In this document: in pieces, positions 50,051 through 61,597 of the stretch
How the letters are laid out: the number at the start of each line of letters is the position of its first letter
How positions within the stretch are numbered: the first letter of the stretch is position 1
Source: Octopus sinensis
Taxonomy: Eukaryota
Length of the DNA: 64,000 nucleotides
NCBI RefSeq assembly: GCF_006345805.1
Contig: NC_043004.1
Coordinates: 93,000,001-93,064,000, forward strand
Direction of reading: 5' to 3'
The notes under the pieces: generated by a model
Databases searched by the model: none
Seen by the model: the letters and a program-made list of their open reading frames with translations, nothing else
Told to the model about the DNA's origin: nothing
Program-made: the position numbers and the translations under genes

Positions 50051-50596
50051 AGCTCACCAAGTTCCTGTTATTTTTAGATACCAATTAAAGTTGGCAGTCT
50101 TTGATGAAAGTCATGAAAGAGTTCAGTTGAATCCATTTTTCTGCTTTAGTATAAAAGCTCAGTTTAATAAATGTTACATTAAAATCTTCAATAAGCTCCC
50201 TGTAGTCTTAGAAAGGAGAGCCCATAGAAGTCATCAGTGAGTTTTTCTATATAGTTGATTAACCTGCTTGATGTTGCAGTTAAGATCTTATGTAGGTAAC
50301 TGCAACTTTAAAATGGAGAATCACAAGAGTCATTTAATATTTAATTTTTGTGTTTTTCCTTGAAATTTTCTTCCCTGCACAGATAAGTGTGTTGATATAT
50401 TATTTGGCTCATCTGTTTTTGTATCTGGCTGGTACCCTTTCTTAGCTGGTATCTACCTAACTGTGAATGAGTATGAAACTTGTTTTATTCTGTCAGGGAA
50501 ACTAGAACAAGCAGAATTAAGTACCTTGTTCAGATATATAGCAGTGTGTAAAGATTTATGATCATGTGGTCAATACAGTAGACAGCAGTATCTTAA

Positions 50597-50815
50597 CCCT
50601 TTAGTGTTCAGATTATTGTATCAAACATAATGCCTATTGATTCACATTGATTTGAATTAATCATGCATTATCTCATATCTTCAAGATCTTGATGGTGTAA
50701 TTACCTAATGTAGAATAACATTGTAGGGTAGGTGTGAGGGCCTGGATCTGGTCAGTTTGAACATAAAACAGATTAACTATTTTGGCCGGATATGGCCGGT
50801 TTAAATACTAAAGGG
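50597..50815. mobile_element. TTAA-flanked MITE (piggyBac-like), 219 bp
   Basis: TTAA|ccctttagtgtt ... aatactaaaggg|TTAA. A partial copy lies at 55560-55648. Confidence 0.82.
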
Positions 50816-51467
50816 TTAAACTTGCATCAGAATAGACTGGGACATTTCACAATTAACTGTCTTGACCATATTCTCAGTAGCGCTATTGACAGCCTGCAAA
50901 GCACTGATCACTCATGATGGTTGTCTGATACCCTTGTCAATCTGACCAACCGCATACATAGCTATTTAGCTAAGTAGTTTTTATTAGTCCTGGAAACGGA
51001 ACTTTCAAAGGCCAGCTGTGTTTAGCTCCAAGTCGGCCCTAATTATGCAAATGCTTTGGTCAGTCCAATTTTTCTATACATAGGGTTACACTATCCAAGG
51101 CATGTCTGTTTACAAAATAGTAGATTGTGATTTCAGGAACTCTTAGCTATTTATTGCAGATTGCACAATTACATACAAGCTCCTATTTTGATGTTGTACT
51201 CTTTATGATTGTTATTGAAGTGTTGACTTCTTGGTTAGTTTTGCTTGAACACATGTATGCTATGAAGGTGGGTAACTAGTCAAAATACCTGAGAAGATCC
51301 TACAGGTCCAGCATCCTTACTTATATGGATATAAAATGTATAGTATATCAGTGTCTGTCAGTATTTTGGCTCTTGTTGCAATTTTGGTTTTAAAGAGCAG
51401 CCTATCTTAAGAAGTAGTAAGATTTGTGTGAAGTTATATTTGGGCTACTAGATTTGAGTAGACCAAG

Positions 51468-52088
51468 ATGCTCCGATGGATGTGTAATGTCAGTGTTCAT
51501 ACTCAACAGTGTAAGTACCTTGAGAAAAAAGCTGGACCTATGAAGCATCAGTTGTGGTGCGCAAGAGAGACGTTTGCACTGGTATGGTCATGTGGCGAGA
51601 ATGGACGAAGATAGTTGTGTGAAAAAGTGCCACACCCTAGCGGTTGAGGGAACCTGTGGAAGAGGCAGACCCAGGAAAACCTGGGACAAGGTGGTGAAGC
51701 ATGACCTTCAAACTTTGTCTCACTAAGGAAATGACTAGAGACCGAGACCTTTGGAAGTATGCTGTGCGTGAGAAGACCCGGCAGGACAAGTGAGACCATA
51801 ACTCGTGGCCGCTACATGGGATGTAGCCAGTCCACTTATGCATACCTTTCCTTCTTGGGACACAAAACTCTACTTGTGAAGACCTCATCTGGCACCTGTG
51901 CCAGTGGCACGTAAAAAGCACCCACTACACTCACGGAGTGGTTGGCGTTAGGAAGGGCATCCAGCCGTAGAAATATTGCCAGATCAGTCTGGGCCTGGTG
52001 CAGCCTTCTGGCTTCCCAGACACCAGTTGAACTGTCCAACCCATGCTAGCATGGAAAGCGGACGCTAAACGAAGATAATGATGATGAA
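51468..52088 (+). mobile_element. RTE family-1 3' fragment (ORF2 C-terminus, UTR and tail)
   Basis: Homologous to 5640-5870 (MLRWMCNVSV...RRLHWYGHVARM...GRGRPRKTWD). It continues into the shared tail, which shows that tail is the LINE 3' end. Confidence 0.88.
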
Positions 52089-52327
52089 GAATTTATATAG
52101 AAGATTCCTCATTGAGCCTTTTCGTTTTATTTTATGGAGAGCAAGGAAATTTAGATGAAGAAACTTTATGAAGGTCCACTTGCTGTTTCATGTAGTTCCT
52201 ACTTAAAAGGAAGGGAACTTCTGTACACTTTCAGTCTTTTCAACATGCTTTCACAAATTTCAGGGAGTGGGGATTTTTGGAGAAATTGAGCCTATAAATA
52301 AAAACTCTCTTCGCAGATGTATATAGA

Positions 52328-52682
52328 TCATCATCATCATCATTTAACGTCCGTTTCCGTGCTAGCACGGGTTGGACGGTTCAACCGGGGTCTGGGAAGC
52401 CAAGTGGCTGCACCAGGCTCCAGTATGATCTGGCAGTGTTTCTACAGCTGGATGCCCTTCCTGACGCCAACCACTCCGTGTGTGTAGTGGGTGCTTTTTA
52501 CGTGCCACTGGCACAGGTGCCAGGGGAGTCTGGCAGCAGCCACGATCGGTTGGTGCTTTTAACGTGCCACCGGCACAGAAGCCAGTCATGGCGGCGCTGG
52601 CATTGGACACGTTCGGATGGTGCTTTTTACGTGCCACCGGCACAGAAGCCAGTCAAGGCAGTGCTGGCATCGGCCACGTTCA
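52328..52682 (-). mobile_element. RTE family-1 3' UTR/tail copy with three modules
   Basis: ggtgcttttta.cgtgcca modules plus tail. Confidence 0.8.
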
Positions 52683-53652
52683 GAGGTATATGTCTCTCAG
52701 ATATTTCTGTTGGCAATAAAGGTTTATCTGTTTTTCTACATATAAAATGTGTGATGCTACATGGTAACTGACTAGGCTCAGGTACTGAATGCAGAGTCAA
52801 AAGAGAAAGTGAGCATAATCTGTTGGATGTGTCATATTAATTTACATCGAAGGTGAACTGTGAGCAAAGGGAATAGCAGCTAGGTGCTAAAGATATCAGC
52901 CAGTATGTGCAGAAGAGACAGTTACACTGTTATAAGGATCGACATATGATGAGTATTAGATAAAAGATGTGGCATGTGCTGATGGCAGAAGGCACATGCT
53001 GCTGCTGCAGAAGATCAAGAAAGATATAAAGAGTGAGGAAGAAAGTATCAGGATGCTGAGTTTTGTAGCTCAGCTGAGAAAGTATACAGATAAGTGATAT
53101 AGCAGATCTGACCAACAGGTCTTTTTTCCCCCGCTACTGTTAAAATCTGAAGACAGTTTAACATCCCGCACTTGCAATGTCTCAATTCACTGCAGCCAAA
53201 ATGTAGTTTTAAATAGTCTTTAGTGTTTGTGTCATTATCATCATTGTTTCTGTGTTTGCTTTTCTTTGTTGACATGAGTTGTATGAGGCTTTTGTTTTAT
53301 GGCTGAATTTCCTTCCTGGCACCTTTAATGTGTCTTACTAAGTATTGACATTCACCACTAACATAAACACCAGTTTATTTCATCAAAACAAAACTTTTCA
53401 TTTTGTTTTTCTTCTTTTCTTTTAAACTTTTTTTCTTTTGCTTTGTTATTTTTACTCTCCATTTCTTATGTTTATTTTATAAATTTTTCATTTTAACTCT
53501 TTTCCTCTATCACCTAATGTCTTTTTGTTCTTTTCACTCTGTGCTTATCCCTCTGTCTCTCTCTCACTTTGTTTCTGTCTCTCTCCATCCATATTACGGA
53601 GATGTACTCGCATAGCAAGTGATTTGATCTGAGATCGTGTGCTGGAACGAAA

Positions 53653-53880
53653 ACAATTGCAGCGTGGAAGGTGTTTGTAAGCCATTTAAGAAACACACAA
53701 AAGCCGTTCGATTCACTTCAACATTTAAGTTTAATTTGTCAAAATATTTTTGTCAGTGAACAGGTCACGGATTTTAGCGACGAAAATATTTTGACAAATT
53801 AAACTTAAATGTTGAAGTGAATCGAACGGCTTTTGTGTGTTTCTTAAATGGCTTACAAACACCTTCCACGCTGCAATTGT
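53653..53880. repeat. Perfect 98-bp inverted repeat with 32-nt spacer
   Basis: 53653-53750 read base by base equals the reverse complement of 53783-53880. Confidence 0.93.
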
Positions 53881-54212
53881 CTCCATCCATACTTATATAT
53901 CTATTTATAACTTTCTATCTGTTTATCCTTACCTTTGTTTATATGTGTATCTCTGCTTTTCTGTATTTGTATTTGCTACCGTTTTGTCTTTGTCCATTAA
54001 TCCTTAATTTCTCTTTCTGCCTATCCATCTTTGCTACTTTGTTTGTCTATTCTTGCATCTCTCTCTTTCTCTCTCTTCTCTTCTCTCTCTCTTTATTATT
54101 AAGCATGGTAAGATAAATTGTCCTCCTATATATATATATGTATATGTATTTATTCATTCCTGTGTTCATATATTTTTTTTCCACTCCAATCCATTTTTAT
54201 TTTTGCTGATAG

Positions 54213-54320
54213 AGCAGGACAAGAGGCCAAGTGAGAAAGGTGTTGAGGTGGTATCCCCTAGCGTTCCAGCTGCTGAACCAAGGAAGACCTCTCTCACTAC
54301 TCTATCCCCCGTACTGGGAG
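54213..54320 (+). CDS. ARFGEF1: ARFGEF linker exon (108 nt, phase 1-1): (E)QDKRPSEKGVEVVSPSVPAAEPRKTSLTTLSPVLG
   Basis: tttttatttttgctgatag acceptor, gtgag donor. GC-richer island with an open frame, and the phase fits both neighbours. Confidence 0.75.
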
Positions 54321-54967
54321 GTGAGGAGATTCATGCTGTGCTCATGTCACCCTTGCACATTCTAGTTATTGTTGGTGTTGTTATTGGTGGTGGTGGTGTT
54401 GGTGTTGTTGTTGTATTTGTGGTTTTTGTTATTGGTGGTGGTGGCATTGTAACCATTACCGATGCTGCTTTGCTTCAGGGAAATTTTGCTCACTGTAGAC
54501 AGCACTGTTGTTAATGTTAGAAAAACAGCAGAATTCATTGACTTATTGGTATTGCCTCCTCATAACCACTGGACATTTAGGACTTATTTCTCTTTCTTGT
54601 TAAAGACAAATGTTCATTCATTGAAACACTACTCTTTTAATCACTGCTGACTTGTGTCCTCTCTCTACTTTTTTTCTACCACTACTACTATGTTCTCTGC
54701 TCCTTTGAACTTGCCAAGTGTGCACTGACCAAAGCATATATCTCATCACTTCCCTTTTTCTTCATTTCCCACCTGTGTCTCACCTCCAGACTCAAACATA
54801 ATCACACTTCTCACTAATTCTTCTTTTCAGCACTAGCTCTTTCAACTAACATGCACATTTTATACTCACACTTGCTCTCTCTCTCTCTCTCTCGATATAT
54901 ATATATAGTATTTCTAAATTGAATTTTTTTCCCTGTAAGTTTTGATTTATATTCCCTCAAATAATAA

Positions 54968-55002
<35 letters not shown>

Positions 55003-56559
55003 AGAGAGAGAGAGAGAGATCTTTTATTGCATTTTCAGTCATTGGATTTAGACTATGTTGAGGTACCACTTGTTTTAGGGTATAGTCAATTATATTAACC
55101 CCCACCCACCCAATGCTTAGTCTATTCGCATTCAAAAGATGAAAGACAAAAGTAGACTTGGGCAAGATCTTAACCGAAAATACTAATGGATGTAACCAAA
55201 TGCTGCTTCTTTGGTCCATCTGCTGTAATATATCCACTTTATTTTTATTATAATATAAAACAAAGAAGAATGATAAAAGCCATCACTGAACTGTAGAAAC
55301 AGAGGAAAAAACCCCACTTAAATCCATATATCAGCATTAATAAATTTTAAGGGATTCTGTTTCTTTTAGGGGACAGTGGGGTTCTGTTTCCTTTACTATT
55401 TTCCAATAAGCAGTTCTTTAATCCTTTAGGATTTAGATTACTCTGTTAATTGTGATGCTTATTTATTCACAATGTTTTGAGTTTGTCATGCATTGTCTCA
55501 CAGTTTTGAGATTTCTACAATGTAATTGTTTATTTATAGTATGACGTTGTAGAGTTAGTGTAAGAGGCTGGATGTGGCCAGTTTGAAAGTAAAACAGGTA
55601 GAATATTTTGGCTGGATATGGCTGGTTTAGTTGCTAAAGGGTTGAATTAACTTATATTTGAGTTTACTGTGATGTGTTGGTTGCAGCAGTGATTCAGACT
55701 GGATAAGCATATGGTCACTCATTTTTATTAAACTAGAATCCAAGGAGAGAACTGAATTAATTCCTGCAGGCCAATGAAATACTCATTGTTTAACACTCCT
55801 GTTGCATACACAATGAGCTATGCCTCTTTATGGTATCCTTTTTGACAGCTAGATGGACTGGGCCATACAGGCTAATAGCCCTTCAGGCTTTCAGCTTAGT
55901 ATCATGAAGGTGATGAGGTACAAATCTTTGACCCTCTGCTTGTTGTTCTGACAGCATGTCTACCGAACCAAGTTCAAGATTAGATGTTGAACCATGGTAT
56001 ATTTTAGCTAAATAGTTAATGTTTTTAGACATTGAATTTGGATACCTACATATTACATAAAATGAATTCATAAATATCACATGATCATACCATGTGACAA
56101 TGGCAAATCCTCTTTTTGTTTTTCATTTTTTTTCTCTATTTGATCAACTTTATTGTTCATTTATCTGGACCAGGGTTAATTCAATCAACTGTATCCTCTT
56201 TTCCAAAATATATGACCTTGTGCCTATGTTTCTATCATTATAAATTTTAAATTTATTAATGTAATTAAATTAATCTGTTCTGATTGTTATTTAAGTATTT
56301 TGCATGCTATGCTGGTTTTGCACTAATTTAAATGCAGATATTACTCAAATACTGAAAATGTATTCACTGAACATATACAATGGAAAGATAGATTCTCTTT
56401 TGGCAACCTTACTTTTCATTGATGTGGTTGTTGAAGGATTCTAAATGAATGTTAGAGGCAGTTCTACAGGAATGTTAGGGTGGAGTTCTATACAGAATGG
56501 TATATGGGTTTTATAGGCATGTTCTAAGAGGTTCTAAATGGTTTTTAGAGGGTGTTTTA

Positions 56560-56722
56560 TATATATATATACACCGGAGTAAGCACATAAATGTGAAACA
56601 AGGTGGAAAAAAGAGTACTCAAGTACCAGAGGTAGAGTAATATGCTTTATTTAAAAGCAGCACAAATATAACAAAAGCTGTTACTCGGAGTTTCACGTTC
56701 CCGTTCGTCGGACAGTTTGTAT
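56560..56722 (-). mobile_element. Short Penelope-like pLTR remnant between (TA)n tracts
   Basis: On the minus strand, a hammerhead-like motif is followed by aataaa, which resembles PLE pseudo-LTR organisation. No RT or GIY-YIG coding sequence is seen. Confidence 0.55.
56678..56715 (-). ncRNA. Minimal type I hammerhead-ribozyme-like motif
   Basis: Minus strand: ctgt-CCGACGA-acg ggaa cgt-GAAA-ct ccg ag-TA-acag. All three stems pair, GUA cleavage triplet, U4C core variant. Confidence 0.65.
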
Positions 56723-59090
56723 ATTTATATGTTTGAGGGAGTTCTATAGGAATGTTATGGGGATTCTGTAAGAATTTAGAGGAGGTTCTACTTGAATACT
56801 AGAGAGGGTTGTTTAGCAATTTTAGAGGCAATTCCATTGGATTGTTAGAGGTGGTTGTATAGGAATGCTAGTAGTGGTTCTGTAGGTTAGAGGGAGTTTT
56901 GTAGAAATGCTGGAAGGGATAATTCTGGCTTCTATAACAATGTTGTGTATGTTATTGGTGGTGGTGGGGAGTCTCTAGGAATTTTAGAGCAATGTTAGAA
57001 GGGTTCTGATTGAATGTTTGAGGTGTTTCTATGAGAATGTTAGAGTGGGTTCTATAGGAATGTTAGTGGGTTTTGAAAGGATCTAAGAGATAGTTATGCA
57101 GTATTGTTAGAGAAGGTTCTATCAAAATGTTTAGCAGCTCTACAATAGATAGTTCAGTGTGCGCTGTAGCACTTTAATCTCGACAGTAAGTTTGCATGAT
57201 TTGCATGTTCCATATGTAGACCACTACTTATAACACAGTGAACAGCATTTAGAAAAAAAAAGAAAAAAAGCTAATCCCTACCATCATAAAACAAGGTCTT
57301 GTGTCACATGGATATACACTCCAGCAAAACTCTTGCTTGTTTCTCTGTTTGGCTAACAGGCTTCACTTCTCTGTTACATTGTTCGGTCCTTGTTCGGTAG
57401 GAGTATAAGTATTGGTATCTGGCTAAAAACGGTTGCTACCAAATTACACATGTGACAAATATTTTCTAGCATATTAAATAATGAATGATAGAAACAGTTT
57501 TTTTCTAAAATGAAATAAAAGCAAACAATAAGTTTGATAGTAGCCTGAACAGGTAGATATGAACTGGCTGTGACAGATAAAATTTAAAAACAAAAATGAA
57601 TTTTTTGTCAATGATTTTCAAAATAGAACCAAACATTGCATCCATAGGCATTGTTTCATAATTTTACTGGTAGATGCTGTGATGATGATGATTATTATTG
57701 TTTTTATTCGAGAAACAGGTGGCAGAATTTATAGAACATCACATGAAATACCTTATAGTATTGAGTTCAAGTTTCTGGGGTAGTTAAAATAAGTAGTAGG
57801 AGTCAATAAAAATAATTATGACCACACCCTCTACCACACCCCTCTACAAAAATTGCACCCAAACTTAGGAATTATTATTATCATTATAAAGCAGTGAGCT
57901 GGCAGACTTGTTAGCATGCTGAACAAAATACTTAGCCATGTCCAGATCTTTGCATTCTGAACTCAAATTCCACTGAGGTCTGCTTTGCGTTTCATCCTTA
58001 TGGAATCAATATAGTAAAGCACAAATCAAGTACTGTAGTTTATGAAAATGACTCACTCCTTCCCATCAAAATTGCTAGCCTGGGACCAAAATTAAGAAAA
58101 GATTATTATTATTATTACTATTATTATCAATTCCTGTAGAGATTAACTTTGCCGTTAATGTTTTCTTGTACCAGTAAAATAGTAGAATTGGTTTAATCAA
58201 TTATTTCCTCTCTCAATATGTGTAATCTTGGACCTGCATTATAAATCATTATTATTATTATTGATGATGATGATGATGGAAAGTTGGCAGAATTGTTAGA
58301 GCATCAGAATAAATACTTTGCAGTATTTCTTCTGACTTTTTACATTCTCAGTTGAAATCCTGCCAAGGTCAGCTTAGCCTTTTATTTGTCCAGGGTCAAT
58401 TGTATAAAATACTGGTCAAATACTAGTGTTGATGTAATCAATTACCCCTCCCCCTTTCACAGTTACTGGCCTTGTGCCTAAATTAGAAACACTGTTGTAT
58501 TATTGAGAACTTTTGTCTATTTGTATTTGTTGTGCCAAAATATTCACACAGTTGAAAATTTTTAACTTTAGTCTTTCTTTGTAAGTTGCTAGTTGGAGGT
58601 CTTGTGGTCTCAGATGGCTGAATTGATGGGGTTGGCAGATCATATCTCTTCACTGGCTCTCTCCTGTATCTGCAGTCAAGATGACCTGAAACAGAACCTA
58701 CCCATACAGCTATAAAAAAAAGGTGCAATGGAATGTATTGTCAGTTGAGAGTTGGTTGCAGTGAGAACTTTCTAAAATTATACAGTTCTTCAACCACCAA
58801 CAAGCAATTGTTCCATTAGCTTGTGTCTATGAGTTCAATTTTGCCAATGGGCTGGATAATGCAGCAGGAACAAGTTTCTATAGTTAATCTGAGACCAGTC
58901 TATTTGTCAGACTTACTTTTCATTCTGATTATAGAATATATGTGATGGTGTAGGACATGATGAGCAATGGTTTCCTACATAACTCACACAGCAATGTGTG
59001 TGCACATTGAATAATTCATTCATGTACCCATGATGAGTGGTATATACATGGATACAGACATATACATACGTGTGTGTGTGTATATATATA

Positions 59091-59496
59091 TATATAAAAT
59101 TAGAAAAACACCTTTTATCAATTCAAAATGAACAATTAAATTACACCATCTAGAAAATTACATATAATAGAAATATTAAAATTAAAATAACAATAAAATA
59201 TCAATGATTAAGTAAATTGCAAAAAGAATAATAAAAATGTATATAGACCAATTATATACGTTTTTATTATTTTTTTGCAATTTACTTAATCATTGACATT
59301 TGTTATTTTAATTTTAATATTTCTATTATATGTAATTTTCTAGATGGTGTAATTTAATTCATTTTGAATTGATAAAAGGTGTTTTTTTTTTCTAATTTTT
59401 TTATATATAGATTATATTGGGTGAAATTTGATTTAGTATTTCTAAATTGAATTTTTTTCCTTGTAAGTTTGGATTTTATTCCCTCAAATAATAATT
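59091..59496 (+). repeat. AT-rich fold-back element (arms ~155 bp, 7-nt loop) plus tail, in (TA)n
   Basis: Arms 59091-59245 and 59253-59409. A tail-only copy lies at 54907-54970. Confidence 0.9.
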
Positions 59497-59499
59497 ATT

Positions 59500-59560
<61 letters not shown>

Positions 59561-59827
59561 ATATATGACAGTGAAGACGAAATGATAGATTTTATTATGA
59601 TACTGCTCAGGATTGAAACCCAGACATCCATATATTGAAGAAAGTAAATGATCTTCAATCCTGTTAACTCTAGATTAAAAATCTGGATTTTTTAATTACT
59701 ATTTATACAGATTGTTACAAAATACAATAGGCTCTTCACTGGAAAGACCCTATTGTTGATCCCATTAATAAGTTTCTCGTCAGTAAACAACGTATTTATC
59801 TGTATTATTAATTTTCTTCCTCTCTAG

Positions 59828-59996
59828 GTTCAACAAGTCACCGCATATCAGATGACAACCTTGACAATTGTGCAGATGGAGCAGAGCCTGCTGCAGGTGC
59901 ATTTGCTCACATTCTACAGAAAGATGCTTTCCTCGTGTTTCGCAGCCTGTGTAAACTTTCCATGAAACCCCTTTCTGAGGGGCCACCAGATCCCAA
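59828..59996 (+). CDS. ARFGEF1: ARFGEF exon entering the HUS region (169 nt, phase 1 to 2): (G)[55 protein letters not shown](K)
   Basis: ttttcttcctctctag acceptor, gtgag donor. Contains the BIG motif [29 protein letters not shown]. Confidence 0.96.
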
Positions 59997-60471
59997 GTGA
60001 GTTTTTCTTTCAATAAGAGGTAGACTTGTAAATATATGATAGTTCCTCCTCCTCATCATCATCGTTTAACGTCTGCTTTCCATGCTAGCATGGGTTGGAC
60101 GACTTTGACTGAGGGCTGGCAAGCCAGATGGCTGCACCAGGCTCCAATCTTAATTTGGCAGAGTTTCTACAGCTGGATGCCCTTCCTAATGCCAACCACT
60201 CCGAGAGTGTAGTGGGTGCTTTTTACGTGCCACCAGCAGGGGGGGCAGTCAGGCAGCACTGGCAAATAGTTCAATAGATGTATATTTAGAAATATTGTAG
60301 ACTTGTGTACTCAAGAAGACCCGTACTCTGTAGCACAAGTGTTAAGACCAGTCTCTCTAGTGGTGAAAAGCACTCATGGCAGTGCCATGTAAAAGCACCT
60401 GTACCACATACAAGCGCCCGTGCAGTGCCACATAAAAACACCTATGTGGTGTCATGTAAAAGCACCCATGT

Positions 60472-60812
60472 CATCATCATTGTTCGACCGTGGTTGAGAC
60501 AATGGAATTTACCATGCTACGCCAGACTTCACGGTCCATCATGGCATTACGGAGGTCCTGTTGCTGGATGCCTGTATCCCTGGAGATGACACAGGTGGTA
60601 GTTTCCCATATATTTGCATTTTAGTTGGATGGCACTTCCACGAGAGATTTTGAGCTCTCATAAGGAGGCGAGTGTAGGTTCCATCCAACCACCTCTCAAG
60701 CTTCTTTGATAACGTCCAGGTTTCTGAGCCATATAGTAGAATTTGTTCGACTGTGGCTTTGAAGATTTCAAGTTTGAAGTCTCTACTTAGATTTGATGAC
60801 CAGATCTTATGC
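60472..60812 (-). mobile_element. RTE-clade LINE family 3, decayed 3' fragment
   Basis: ORF 60539..60874 KIWSSNLSRDFKLEIFKATVEQILLYGSETWTL...LDGTYTRLLMRAQNLSW. The 3' end DREVWRSMV... is followed by a (GAT)n-type tail. Confidence 0.85.
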
Positions 60813-60992
60813 ATGTCATGTGGTACCACATAAAAAACCACACTCTGTAAAGTGGTTGACATTAGGAAGGGCATCCAACCATAGAAACCATGCCAAATCA
60901 GACTGGAGTCTGATGCAGCCCACTAGCTTGTCAGCTTTGGTCAAATTGTCTGACCCATGCCAGCATGGACAACAGATGTTCAATGATGATGA

Positions 60993-61376
60993 AGCTTGCT
61001 TCCCAACCACATGGTTCCAGTTTCAGTCCTGCTGCTAAGTACCTTATACAGGTGTCTTCTACTATAGCCTCAGGCACCTTGTGAGTGGATTTGGTAGACG
61101 AAAACTGAAAGAAGCCCTTTGAGTGTGTGTGTGTGTGTGTGTATATATGTATGTGCATATATATATATATATATGTATCTATTGTGTTTGTCCCCCACAC
61201 CATCGCTTGACAACCAATGTTAGTGTGCTTATGTTCCCATCACTAAGTGGTTCAGTAGAAGAGACCAATAGAATAAGCACTAGGCTTACAAAGAATAAGT
61301 CCAGTGATCGATTTCTTTGACTAAAAAGCAGTGCTCCAGCATGGCCACAATCAAATGACTGAGACAAGTAATAGAA
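60993..61376 (+). mobile_element. SINE-like family B, diverged, 5'-truncated
   Basis: Homologous to 9053-9457. Confidence 0.75.
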
Positions 61377-61597
61377 TATCTTAGATATTATGTATGTGGT
61401 GTCTGTGTTCATAACATAAACATTGGTCAATGGATCCTTAACTGTCATCTTTGTTATAGAAAGACTTCTCATTTGCCATCATCTTTTTGGCCTGTTTCCT
61501 GGTGACCGTGCATTCTATCTAGCTTGTATATTGACCTGATTGGTAGGTGATGAGGTGAATCATATTATATATGAAATATAATAATAATATTTAACGA

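Larger units (their letters stand above)
56435..57140. repeat. Highly degenerate ~22-25-bp minisatellite (approx. gagggttctataggaatgtta)
   Basis: More than 20 variants of ttctat..gaatgttagag. Interrupted by a ~160-bp insertion at 56560-56722. Confidence 0.75.

Noticed and set aside
53746-53800. Third hammerhead in the inverted-repeat spacer
   Set aside because: Stem architecture and GAAA are present but there is no CUGANGA/CCGANGA core, so it is not called as a ribozyme.
54321-54514. Hydrophobic V/G-rich extension of ORF 54053..54514 as a transmembrane segment
   Set aside because: It lies past the gtgag donor in a (GGT/GTT)n repeat, and BIG proteins are peripheral, not integral, membrane proteins.
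58676-58715. Candidate exon after ctcctgtatctgcag
   Set aside because: In phase 1 it hits a stop within four codons. Exons 54213-54320 and 59828-59996 already join in frame.
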